NCBI GenBank assembly: GCA_904063045.1
Contig: CAJFCJ010000025.1
Coordinates: forward strand, 558,001 to 622,000
Length of the DNA: 64,000 nt
Reading direction: 5' to 3'
Origin: Dimorphilus gyrociliatus
Taxonomy: Eukaryota; Animalia; Annelida
The translations under genes were made by a program, and so were the position numbers. The first letter of the stretch is position 1, and each line of letters starts with the position of its first letter. The notes beneath the pieces are model-generated. The model saw only the letters and a list, made by a program, of their open reading frames with translations, was not told the origin of the DNA and searched no databases. This document shows, one piece after another, positions 26,174-38,786 of this stretch.

Positions 26174-27688
26174 ATGGACGACTTAGAATTAAGAGTCTTT
26201 AAGAAAAAAAGATCGCTTTTTGTTGAAAATGTTGAAATAAATTGTACATTTTTAGATTCAATTAAAAGTCATGAAATATTCAATAGTGAAGAATGTACAG
26301 CAATTATGGTTAATTGATATCATTACATTATATATTATATGTATATTTTTACTTTGTCTTTTTCTCTTCTTATAGAATGAAAGAACTCAAAATTCAAAAG
26401 TTATGAAATTTTTTGATATGATTACTTCTTGTTCAAAATCTGGACTTTTTGAACAATTATGTATGGCTTTAACAAGATCATTTCCATGGTTAGCTAAAGA
26501 TTTACAATCGGATTTAAAAACCGAAAGAGGAAATTTAGTAATTGATCCTGATGTTGTTAAAGAGGCGGCGATGCTTGTCCACAGGTAAAAGAGAAAAACC
26601 TACCTTTAAAACTCTTAGTTCCACCCATTTTTTATTTATTCTTGTCCAGAAAATTTGGAACTAGTAGACGATTATCCGAATTAGAAAAGAAGGAAATTCA
26701 AGATATGATTGCCTTAAAAATTCAAATCTCTAAAGAAGAATGGAGAACGGAATTAAAAGTAATAATGTGAATTTTCTCTTTCTCTGCATTTATAAAATCT
26801 TCTTTAGACTAACGTTAAACTTTCCTAAAGGAACTCAGGGACGAGTTGGAACATCAACAGAATTTAGAGAAACACAGGAAAGCTAAAGAAATAGAAATTG
26901 CTAAAACTTTATCCAAATATATTAAAGACAATAAAGATAAGCTATCAAATAACGCCCATGACATGGAAACAACTACGCAGTTATTGAATGCTCCTACAGG
27001 TAAAAAAATCTTATAAATTACACTTTCTTAAGCCTATATTAGTAATTATAAACCAATTTTTCTCTTACTTTCCTTTTTTAGAGGACGGTGATAATCTTCC
27101 TGTAATCAGGCGAGAAGTACAATACATACTCAAAAAATTTAGCGCTACCCTCGTCGAAAAGAGCATACTAAGCGAAGACAGAGAAAGATGCTTAAAAGCC
27201 TTGAAAGTAGGTTTAGTAGTGCTTTTGTTTTGTGGATGGGCTGTTTTTTTATCTTCTCTTCTTTCTTCTCCTTAATAAGAAATAACGTCATTTTTTCATT
27301 TATAATTAAATTGCAGTTGCCGTTGGATACCTCTTCTTTATACGATACTTTAAACCAAGAGTTCAAGGATCAGGAGGAAAAGGTGAAAAAGTTGAATAAT
27401 GAATTAATCGAAAAGGAAAAACAATTAAAACAAACAACAAAATCGAAATGGGATTTGGAAGATTCAAGCAGAGAAATTAATGATAAAATGACACAATTAA
27501 AGAGTGAATTGTCCGAAAAAACCGTTAAACTGTCAACAATTCAAGAAGAAGTTAGAAAGAAACAATTGGAACTAGACGAACTTAAAAAGGCGATTAAAGA
27601 TAAGGGGATTCAAACTACACCTACTGAAAATGGAACGGCTAAAAAGCTGACTAGGCCTAGTAGTAAAACCAAATTAACCCTAAAGTAA
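26174..27688 (+). CDS. N-terminal CARD (death-fold) domain plus coiled-coil protein, 6 exons
   Basis: Exons 26174-26308, 26376-26584, 26650-26758, ~26831-26999, ~27082-27206 and ~27318-27688. CARD-like helices LFVENV…FLDSIKSHEIFNSEE…KVMKFFDMI…GLFEQLCMAL…FPWLAKDL, followed by heptad-rich K/E segments. Confidence 0.75.
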
Positions 27689-28209
27689 GTCTTCCTCTAA
27701 TTTTGACCCTAATCTCTCTTCTTTCTTACTTTGTTTTCTTTTTGGATTGAATCTTTATTATTCTAATAAAATAGAAGTATTTTTAAATTGAATACATCAC
27801 ATCTTTATTCCGAAACAGTAGTATTTAAAGAGTATATATTACATATATACAGCATATAGGCCTATATATTATTATTATTATTACTGTTGTTATTATTTAT
27901 TTTATTGATACTAATATGTTTCTTTTTAATACCGGAAGTGTTATTTTTGTTATTGTAATCTAGCTTTTCTCTATTCTATTGGTTATTGGTGAAAAGTTGC
28001 AGTTAAGACTTTTGTATATTTATTTATTCTATTTACAATTGGCGTTATATTCAATCTTTCTAGGTTTTACAGTATTAAATATCATAAATAATTGCGACAA
28101 ATTCATATTCGCTTAGTTACAACTTATCAGAAAATTCTTCTTTATTAAGGGTAATCCCTTTTTTCAACCCTTCTTCCTCAACTTAACAAATGATTATTTC
28201 TCGTTAAAT

Positions 28210-28223
28210 CCGCTAGGTGGCAT
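28210..28223 (+). promoter_or_regulatory. CTCF-like motif CCGCTAGGTGGCAT
   Basis: Strong match to CCRSYAGRKGGCR; non-coding. Confidence 0.55.
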
Positions 28224-29864
28224 TCTTTGTTTAATTTGACATGTTCATCGCCGTCACCCCTTCCCCGACTTGTTTCTATATTCAATTGTCCGAAGGAAAC
28301 ATTGAAAGAACATACCAGATGGTCGTACTTGAAAATTTCTTGGCAGTATCAATAAATCCCAACAAAATAGCCCTTAACGAGCGTTTTCAGAAAAAGCTCT
28401 CTTTGTCCAACAAACTACATCGCCTGAAGAGCTAAGAACGCGACGGATTCGAGTGACTATTACGTAATTGAACAATTGGTTATAACGCATTCTTGAATCT
28501 CGTCGAAGGAAGAGGACTAGGTGTCGATTCGCCCCCAAGTCCAATATTCCACTTGACAATCAAATGCTGATTCTTTGCAGCCTTTTGTCCAAGTTTCGAA
28601 TTTTTTTCCTTTTTTTACCACAACAAACTATTCAACGGTTCGCGGTTGACAATTATTTTTAAAACGAGATCAATCAAAATGTTGACCTTTTGAACTTTTT
28701 CGTGAGAGTGACAGAATGATGAAATTCAATCGTGATGATTGAAAATCGATTTATGATTGTTATTTTTCAATTATTTACTATTTGAAAGACGTTAAATATC
28801 ATTCTTCAACACTTTAGATGATGGTTTGCTTCTTTAATCCTTTCTCTAATCAATTACGGATCAGAGAAGAACGGTTATCATCTATTATTTTAATCCTCCT
28901 TAATAGCAACAAAGTAACGAATAATTCCTACTTGCACATCTACTTCCCCTTATCCCTCTTTATGTTTCTCTTAAGGATTATAGCGGATAAATGGCAAAGG
29001 AAAAATAGATTTATGACAAACTTTACCCTCATTAGAGACAATGGGATAGTAATGAAGTTGTCTATAAATTAATTACGTAATCATCGTTTGTTTGCCAGCA
29101 AATATGATGGTTGTATACAATTTTCCATACCTAATTAACTGGGATTTGCGTGTAAGAAAAGTCTGAAAATTATTTAGCCTTATTTTTCTAGGCGTATGTT
29201 TCTTATTACCGTCACTTAATACTCTAATTAACTATCTTAATTAGGGAAAGAAGTCTATAAATATCGCTTTACGAAAGATTTTTTATCTATACAAAAGCTA
29301 TTGATAATTTGTTCTTTATTATTCATTAATGTCTTGTATAGATAGATCAATTATATCTTTATTTATTCCCGTTCTATCTGCTGTTCTCCCTTATCTCATT
29401 TGTTCTTAATGCTTAAAAAAAGTTATCTTAGGATAATCTCTCACTTTCAAAGGAGGGATTTCAATTAATCAATTATTAATCAAGTACCGAAGCTCTACGC
29501 TTTATTCCAATTAAAAAAGAGACGTATCTATTGTAGCGAGTTTGGTAGTTTAAAAAGGGTAAAGAAGCGTAAAGCTTTAATTTTCCACTCACCCCATTAT
29601 AATGGAAGGAACCGTGAAATTAAGCACTTATTATCGTTTTTTAAAGAATAGAATATAAACTGCGAATAATAAATCTATAAAACCGTTCTTTCCTCTTTCA
29701 AACGTATCATACAAATCAACAATAAATAGGCTGAAAGTCTATTATAAAGGTGGAAAATTAGACATAGAATAAGATACCAATTGTTCAATATACAGCGATT
29801 TATAAATGGCGCGAAAACAGTTCCACTTGAACTAACTTTTATTCCGCTACTGATAACCGTACTA

Positions 29865-29895
<31 letters not shown>

Positions 29896-32095
29896 CTGTA
29901 TATTGTATGTTTGATTATGCTAATGACTCACTTTGCCAAATACGATTTCAGACTGCCAGCGCCTTCTACCATTAAGTGCTAAAGTTATACCAGCGCGCGC
30001 GCGTGAGAGAGACATTACACTCACGGAGAAGGGAACGATAAAGAAAATTCCAAAGCAAGAAGAGACGATAGAGTTTTAAAAAGATCCAATTTTTATTTGG
30101 AAAGCATCAAACTCTATTTCTACGTATTAATTACATTGAAGTCTTTTTTTAAATATAATACTATAACTCTATTGACAAGGGAGATAACCGTTATCAGGTA
30201 AGGGATATATATTTTTATCTTTCCTCTCACAACTATCTATCTTATCTCCACTTTGAATAAAAACTATGATTTCTAGTATTTACACTAGTTTAAGCATTAT
30301 TTATTTTTTAAAATTATCCTAGATATTATTATTCTTCTTTTTTTACACTCTTCTCTTCCTCATTCCTACTTTCTTTCCCTCTCTTCCGCTAAGCAATTAA
30401 ATTAACTATTACGTAATAAAATGGACTGATAATTACGTGATTTAAAAAAAAATGTTACTTTATTCATTTTAAAGCATCAATTAACGTTTTTTCTCCTTTT
30501 TTTCTGGTATGAAAGATTTAACAAAAGAGGTGAAGAAGTAGACAAAACTTTTAGAGCGGCCTTCATTAAAGGAATTTTATTACACTTTGGAGCAATGTCT
30601 TCCATTCCCTCCCCTATCTATTTTGTATTGCGCAATAGAATATTAAAATACATGAAATAGTTCAAATATTTATATCTATCTAACATGTCATACAATCGTG
30701 TTAAAATTATCAGTCTACTAAACTAATCCGTCTACAATCTGTTAAGCCTGGATATAAGCATATGCGAATGAGATTATCTCTCTTTTCCAGTGGCATTATT
30801 ATCTCCTCCGCCTCTCTCTAGTTTCTTCGCTTTGTGTAGTTTTGAAAACGAAGGGAAGAAGAGACGGAGAGAGAGAGCTGTATCTTAGGTTTTAAATTCT
30901 CATCCTACAAAGCCTATATCGTTTAAAAAAAATAAGTAAACAAAAGTAGGTTGAATAGAATAAACAAAGTTATTGAATGAAATTCCTAGTTTTCACGATA
31001 ATTCCATTCTCCTCTTTTACAATGTGGAGAGAAAAGAGTGAGAGAGAGAGGGGAGGGAAGGAGAAAGAGAGAGGGACAGAAAAGATAAATAATGAGTATG
31101 GGAAAAAAATGAAGAGATTTCTTTTCTCTTCCTATTCTCAACAGAATTTTAAAAATTTGTCACTCTTCTATCATACAACTGTTATTTAGATAAAGTAAAT
31201 ATAGTCTGGTTTGTCATGTTGAATAATTTAAAGCTCACTTAGTCATCTCATCGATCGGTATGATTCGGTTATTGATCATTTATATTTGCGTCTTACTTTT
31301 AAAATTTATCAAAGGGGAAAAATACCGTAAAAAAAAGATCTTTCTAATCTATAACACTTCTAATAGGCCTATAATAATTTTTTTTTATTTTGTTTGGTAA
31401 TTTAATACTAAATTTTGTTTGTAAAATATTTAACATATCTGAAAAATTGTCTATAAGCTGTCTCTCTCTCTCTCTCTCTCTCTCTCCTTTTCTTTCTCAT
31501 CCGCCTCTATTGGCAAATATCTTAATAATCTTTGCACTAAACACTAATTAAATCAACTAAAAACTAATCATTGTGAATCATTATTATGTTCCATTTTCAT
31601 GGACATATATGGGAATGATTTATAGGCCTGGAAGTTACACGCTGTTATTTGATCACTCCTATTTGAATACTCTTATATAATGATTCACACGATACTCGAT
31701 ATTAGATTTTTTAGTTTTATTCAATAGAATTGAATTAGTGAATTGAATAAAAAAAAAGAAAAACTAGATAAAAAGTAACAAAAGTAGACAAAAACGAGGT
31801 CAAATTTAAATTATAATGTTTAATAGTTTATTTATTTTTTTTCTTCTCCTCCTTAAAGAATATCTCTATCAATTTTCTCTTTTAAAATATACACAAGAAT
31901 AGAAGAAATGGATCATCTTCTCCTATTCACAATAGGCCTAATTGCATTATTACTAAACGAAAACAACCTCTCCCTTATAAAATTCTTTATATCTTTTTAT
32001 ATAAAACTTTACAAGTTTTACTAGTCTTTTATTTATTGAAACTTGGTTTTTTATGCATTTAAACCTATGTGAGATAGCAATGAAATAAGAAAAAG

Positions 32096-32109
32096 AAGAA
32101 GGAGAAGAA

Positions 32110-32121
<12 letters not shown>
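32096..32121. repeat. (GA)n microsatellite
   Basis: Read directly (approximate bounds). Confidence 0.9.
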
Positions 32122-32145
<24 letters not shown>

Positions 32146-32575
32146 AAAAAGGGGGAAAAAGTAGAGAAAATCTTTCATTAACTAGACTAATTCGCTTTTT
32201 AATAAGAGTTAAAACTTCTTAGGCAGAACTTCAATTTCCCCTTTTTATATATTGATTTGAATGATTTTTCTCAATTTCCTTGTCTGTCTGTCCGTCTTTC
32301 TGACTGTTTGTTTGATCTTTGTAATCTGATAACAACGTTTTCAACATTAGGGCAAAGATAATGATATCATTGAAATTTCTAGGCAAATGTTAAAAAAGTA
32401 CCTTTTTAATAATCTAATTATATTTTTTAAAGTTTTAATATTTTCTTATTCTCTTTTCTATTCCCCAGGTTAAAGAATTCAATATACTAAAGTTGTTTAA
32501 TAGAGACTGGATAAGGAGAGATTGCAGCAGTAACTTTATATAGTTTAACAAATAAACTTAAAAAAAGGGAAGAGT

Positions 32576-33094
32576 ATGAGCGCATCCAGGGTGAAATTTA
32601 CCTTGCCTGAAAATGAGAAATCGAAAGATGATATTGATAAAATTTTCAATGGTCTTCCACCGAAAGTTGACAGTGCAAAGGCGGTTGAAAAGAGTTGCCA
32701 CAGCAACGATACTATACAAGCGCAACCGTATACTTTACACATAAATCCCGGATTAAATAATCATCTTTCGGAAGAATCTTGGAAAACATTAACCCAAGCA
32801 AAGTGTGTTTACGAAGATCTTTTATCACACCGATGCTATCGTTTAGACCAAAGACTACTAGAGAGAAAAGCTTATTTGGATGAGAAAATCAATGATTTAT
32901 ACAGAAAGGAGACAAAAGAGAGCGAGCAAGAGGCTATGGAGTACGCGGTCAAATGTCAATATCAGTTGCAAATGCTGCAAGAGGCTATTGTTAAAGATTT
33001 AACGGGCATGATGAAAGATTATCAGGGTAAGCTGGATCTATTGACAGTTAGTCTGCTAAAAGCTACAAAAGGGGCGAGCGAAACGGACTTGTAA
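32576..33094 (+). CDS. Single-coding-exon orphan protein, 172 aa, helical C-terminal half
   Basis: ATG-to-stop ORF with coding-like GC elevation inside an AT-rich desert; upstream acceptor ccccag at ~32468 suggests a 5' UTR intron. No family recognised. Confidence 0.75.
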   Translation: MSASRVKFTLPENEKSKDDIDKIFNGLPPKVDSAKAVEKSCHSNDTIQAQPYTLHINPGLNNHLSEESWKTLTQAKCVYEDLLSHRCYRLDQRLLERKAYLDEKINDLYRKETKESEQEAMEYAVKCQYQLQMLQEAIVKDLTGMMKDYQGKLDLLTVSLLKATKGASETDL

Positions 33095-36000
33095 GAAGAA
33101 GAGGAAGAGAAAATAAAATATCTTACAACAAGAAGAAAATATATATGTTAAATGTCTGCAGTCTCTTATCGTGTAATTGTTAAGCTTCTTCAATATTCAC
33201 TATATTTTTCTTATAAGCAAATTAAGGTGAGAGAATTTTTTATATTTTCCCAAAATTTCCTTTTCTTTCTGAAAGAAAAGAAAAATCTCTATTTAAAATA
33301 TTTTTCTTTTAACTAAAACCGTCTCAAACAAAGATTATCTCTTATACAAAGAGGGAAGAACGTTAGAGCAGTAGAAGGGCGAAAAAGCAAAATACTTATT
33401 TTTCACCCTTTCTCCAATCATTTACTCTTCCTTCTCCATTTTCTTTTTATTTTCCTTAAGGAATTAAAGATTAAAAAGAAAAGATTAGTAAAGAGTATTC
33501 AAGGTAAAAGTTTTATCAGATTTCGATTAATGGTAGGCATTTTGGATATATTTCATCCATTAAAACGTTATTAATAGTCTCTTATAGATAAGTTGTATCG
33601 CTTTTTTTATGTTCGTTCAGTCTTTTTAATTCTTCTTTTCAACTATACATAAAGAAAGATATACTGATAATCTATCCTTTTCTTTATTCGTATTCAGAGA
33701 GAGAGAGAGAGAAATAGATAGACAGACAGTTAGATAGATAGACATATTAACTGACAAAAACTAACGGTTAATGCACTAAATGTACACTTATGTATACGTT
33801 ACAATCGAACTTTAATAGAGTACCTAAGGGAATTCCTCTACTCTTTCGTCATACTTAATGACATTTTTACTATTGATAAGGTTCATTTCATTCTAAGAGT
33901 ATTAATTTAGCATAAATAGAAATATTAGGAGGAACATCTGGACATTTTTCTAAATTTATTTTAGTTTGTCTTGACAAAAAATTTCTAAAATTCTTTGAAT
34001 TCTTTATACAAAATATAGACAATCAATTTATCAGTATATCTCTATCATTTCCCAGCCATTCAGAAATTGGTTTATACATTCAAAGGGATATGAGAAAGTT
34101 TAATATTCGTCTAAACGAGCATTTTATGCAAACAAACGCTATTAAGTACCATCGTAACGATCGTACATTTACATGTATTTCAACACCATATGACGTCATT
34201 TAAGGTCTCTATGGAAATATAAATTACGAAAAGTAAAACTATTAACAAAAGCTTTTATAATTAGAAGGAAAATTATAGATTTTTCTTCTAAATGAAACGA
34301 AAATAACATTAAATCCATTACTTTACCGTGAGCTAACTGAATGTTATCTGGGTAACTGGGTGTTTGTATACTTTTTTTCTTTCCTTCCTCCTCTTTCTTT
34401 ACGGAGAGAGAGAGAGGAAGAAGAAGAAGAAGGGGAAGAAAGAAAGAAAGAGGGTACAAGTATAAATTTTTTATTCTATTTATATAGTTCTAATAATCAT
34501 TCGTCTATTTTTTCGAAGTAAATAAGAAGAACAAATTGACGACAGTCTATCGATACCACACATGGTCGTTGTACTTGAATAGCATAGATACGCCTATAAA
34601 CTAACTATCATTCTTTTTAAAATAATAAACATTGGCAAACTGACGACGGCGGGGGGGGGCAGAGGGGGGCCGATAGAAGATTTTAAAAATTTGCAATAAA
34701 TACATAGGCCCATTCAGATTGAACACGTAAACAATTTCCATATTACAGTCTGTACTGTATATAGAAATCGTTAAATGAAAAACTAAGTTAAACAGACGCA
34801 TAAGTCTCTCTCCTCTAGACGGCTTTGCCGAAAAACACAAATATTGAATAGACGCTTGCTCAAATAAAATTGAGAAAACACAGCATTAAAAACTGGTACA
34901 CAGCAATTTAGTAAATCTTCTTCCCGTTATTTTTTTGTTATTTGAATATTTGATGTAACGTTGAACAATGATTATATAGTTTTCTCTCACTCTATCGTTT
35001 CCTCTTCTCTTCCGACCTTTTAACTTTGTAGTTTCTTAAGATGAAACTTGAATGAAGTTTGTTTGAATATTAATAAGTATTATTGACGAATCGACTAATC
35101 ATTTAATTGAATAATATTGTATAATCTATATTGTATATATACATGTATTATCTTTACTAATTTATGGATAATTTATCATATTTATTACGTTAATTACTTA
35201 AATTAATCAAATAAAACGTTGGCCTACTTTGTTCATGACAATTTAGTGAATATATGTATTTAAATGTATTTTATATTAAACGTCAAAAAAGAAAATGTTT
35301 GTTTTTTGTTTGTTTTTTTTATTATTTGTTTGTTTGTTTTTTTTTTTCGTTCTAAATACTTGAATAAGAGAATTTAAATGATAATTGTATATTACTATAT
35401 CAATAAATAAACATTAATATTGATGAAATACTTCATAATTATTTTTTATGTTTTATCCATATCTCTCTCTCTCTCTCTCTTTCTCTCTTTCTATTTCTCT
35501 ACATTATATAGGACTATCTTATTTACAAACTATTCATATTCTGTATATAAACAGTTATTGTAGGTTAATGATAAATTGTAGGGTTATATGCTTAAAGTGA
35601 ACTTTTATCTATAAAAAAAAAACAACAAAAAATCCTCCATTATCGTTAATCAATAAAATTTTCCAACACGTTAGAGGAAAAAAGAGAAAAGATTGTTTTA
35701 TACTTTTTTCTTTTTGTTTCTCTTTTTAAATAAAAGAGAAAATTAGGCCTAAATGACAGCTTTAACTTGTAGTCTTCTATTCCTTTGATGTATATTCGTA
35801 TCTGTATGCGTATGCTATATTTGTGTACTTATGTATTCATTGTTCATACATTTCCTGCTATTTCCGTTACTTTTGAAATAGAATAGTAGTTGTTATTTTT
35901 AACATTTGTCTATTACGTAATGAGTGAATCGTTGTCTAGGAGTATTTTTATGTAAATCTAAGTAAAGCGACGATACCAATGTATGGCAGATGGCTCATTT

Positions 36001-36782
36001 ACATTTTTCTATTGTTCGTATGTTTTCTTGCGAAAATGTCGATTATTCGAAAAAACTATATATATTAAATTCGATTGCACGACTAAAGAGTTTGTGTAAA
36101 TTTACTTTTAGATGACCTTGATAGTTCTTTTTACGTCATAAGAATAAATGCGGCACTAGTTGAAAGGGAAATCTCTGCGTTATATTTACCCATTTACCCT
36201 CACCTCCTCCCTTCCCTCCTACTCGCCTCCCTATTGTTCTTAATTAATTAACCCTTGAATATGACGGCTCCGCTTTTCATTTCCCAAAGGATAAACCACA
36301 TCAGACTGGAGAAAAGAAGAGAAGAATATAAAGAAAAATCTAATGTATAGAGTAAAATAACAGCATATACGCTATATACAAGTTTCAATCTTCAATTGAC
36401 ACTGCCGAATAAAAAAGAAAGCGAGAATTATTCTCCTGGTTGAAATTCGATGTTATTGTTGTATGTCAATGAATCTAGTCCGTTTGATCTTTTACACTTA
36501 GTTCAATTCTAATTTCACTTTTACACATGACAAACCCTATTCAATTTACTGTGTTTTTATTAGTTAAATTTGTTTGCAAATCGACATTATCCTATTATAG
36601 TCTCATCTGTCTCTAACATACTGTATATGTGTATATATTGTACAGTACGTCTATTAACTAGTTCATTGCAATTCATTCCCTCAAAGATGATTTAAAGTCT
36701 TGTTAAATACCTTTAACATTTACTAAATAACTATTTGCATAACTAACTGAATCAACAATCAAATATAACGAGTATTAATAGA

Positions 36783-36796
36783 GCGCCCTCTATCTT
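36783..36796 (-). promoter_or_regulatory. CTCF-like motif AAGATAGAGGGCGC
   Basis: Reverse complement of gcgccctctatctt; TAGAGGGCGC core. Confidence 0.5.
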
Positions 36797-37347
36797 ACAA
36801 AAGGTTTCTTCTGCTTGTATACAATATACTGAATATACATTAGTATAAAACAGCAGCATTTATATAGATTGTATTTGTTCTTGTATAAATTCTCAGCATA
36901 AAAAGCTTGCGTAATAAGCATCTTTTTCTCTTATATTTTTACTTTTGTTAATATGTTCAATATTTCAATAGTTTTCATTGATGTTTTATGCTGAGAATGT
37001 GTAAATACAGTTACATATGCTTCTATTCAAATACAATATCCAATAAACTATATATACAGTACATCATTTTTCGTACACTTCTCCCATCATTTCTCTTTCC
37101 CTCTCTCTCTCTCTCTCTCTCTCTTTAGAATCAAATGTATTAATTCTATATAATATGATTATACCTCTAAGCTACTTTACCTGGATTTTTTTTTTGAGTA
37201 CCGACGGTATTGATGACATATCTAAAGCTAAAAAAGATTAGGAGTACATTTCTCTTTTCGTTTTTATGCTGTTTTTATCCTATAAACAGCATAATATTGT
37301 TTTACAGTACAAAAATTTCGTAAGAAGGGAAATGATTGTGAGAGAAA

Positions 37348-37379
37348 GGGGGAAGTTGAGGGCAGGGAGGGGGGAAGGG
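37348..37379 (+). other. Potential G-quadruplex GGGGG-N7-GGG-N2-GGG-N1-GGGGGG-N2-GGG
   Basis: Five G-runs ~200 bp upstream of the PDE coding exon. Confidence 0.5.
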
Positions 37380-37583
37380 AGAACGGAACGGAACAGAACA
37401 GCAATACTTTAGACTAATATACACAACTTCAACATATGAAACGAAACCCTGTAAATGTAGATGCAAGTTCATATATTACAAGATACTGAGTAATTATAAT
37501 TAATAGTATTAATTAAAAGAGTTGAGTAGTGTCGACTATAAATAGAGCAATGTTATAATTAATCAATCTAGTTGGGGTTGAAG

Positions 37584-38786
37584 ATGTCGTCCGACAGACT
37601 AAGAAGAAGTTACGAGAAATATGCTCCCGTTGCGAAAGAGTCAAAGGTCGAAGATCTCATCAGCCAATTTGAAGAGTACAAGACAAGCTCGAGAAGAAGA
37701 TTCTCTTCGCGTTTCGACGAATTGACTTATTGTCCAAGAAACGTGGAAAAAGCAAAGATACCTTTAGCTTGCATGAAAATGTTTGACGATTTAGGCTTCT
37801 TAAATATGATAAATGAAGAAGAGTTAGCAAGGTTTATTATAACTATAAAGTATTCCTATAGAAAGAATCATTATCATAATTGGACTCACGCATTTGCAAC
37901 AGCTCATTTTTGTTATGTTGCAATAAAGAACCTGGATTTAATTGGACGAATTGGGTAGTTTAGTTCTATTCTTGTTAAAAATGACAAAATCTCTTATTTT
38001 TTTCACCATTTCTAGGGATACGAATTGCTGTATTCTATTAATTGCTGCAATTTGCCACGACGTCGATCACCGAGCATTGACTAACCCTTATCTTATGGAA
38101 CAAAGAGTGGGTACCTTTTATCCTTCCCTTAAATAAGTTATTGAATTAACCCATTCCCTCTTTCAATTTACAAGGGCAGGGAACACGGATCAATCGTTTC
38201 GAGGGCTAGTGTCAAGGACAGCGTTCAAGAGCGACACCATTTCTACGTTACGGAGAACGTTCTGGGAAGAGAAGGTTGTGAAATTCTAAAGAGCCTAAAA
38301 ACTAGTATGGGAAAGAAATTGAGTAAAATAAAGCGTCTTCTATTAACAACCGACGCAAGTATGGACAAATTTAAAGATCATATTAGCATATTCAAAGAGC
38401 TATCGGACAATGTAAAGGAGCAAGATCACATCAACTCATTTTATAGAGATAACGACGCTCTAATTATGGATCTTATAATTTCGTGCGCCGATTTATCAGA
38501 TCAAGTGAAGGATTTTGAAAACGCTCGAGAAGCCGCTTGTCTAGTTCTAAAAGAGTTTTACGATCAAGGTGATAAAGAAAGGAAGGAAGGGAAGCCAGTT
38601 CTAGACATTTATAAAAGGGATTCTCCGGTTTATAAAGGTCAAATATTCTTCTTTCAAAATATGGTATTGCCGCTATTCTTGGCTTTAAAAGTAGCTTTCC
38701 CAGAAAGTAGACGATTGTATAGAAATGGTCAAAAGAATCTTGAAATGTGGTCAACCGATGAATTTAAATCGTTTAAAGTCCAATAG
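37584..38786 (+). CDS. Class I cyclic-nucleotide phosphodiesterase, PDE2/10-like, catalytic domain only (~357 aa), 3 exons
   Basis: Exons 37584-37954, 38016-38106 and 38175-38786, in phase. Motifs YHNWTHAF, ICHDVDH, QERHH, LLTTD, SCADLSDQVK, EFYDQGDKE and the invariant Gln (KGQIFFF). Confidence 0.9.

Noticed and set aside
28241-28435. Tudor-like look of VTPSPTCFYIQLSE, and a spliced minus-strand model for this island
   Set aside because: No aromatic-cage continuation, and the model needs ~40-nt introns, shorter than the confident introns here.
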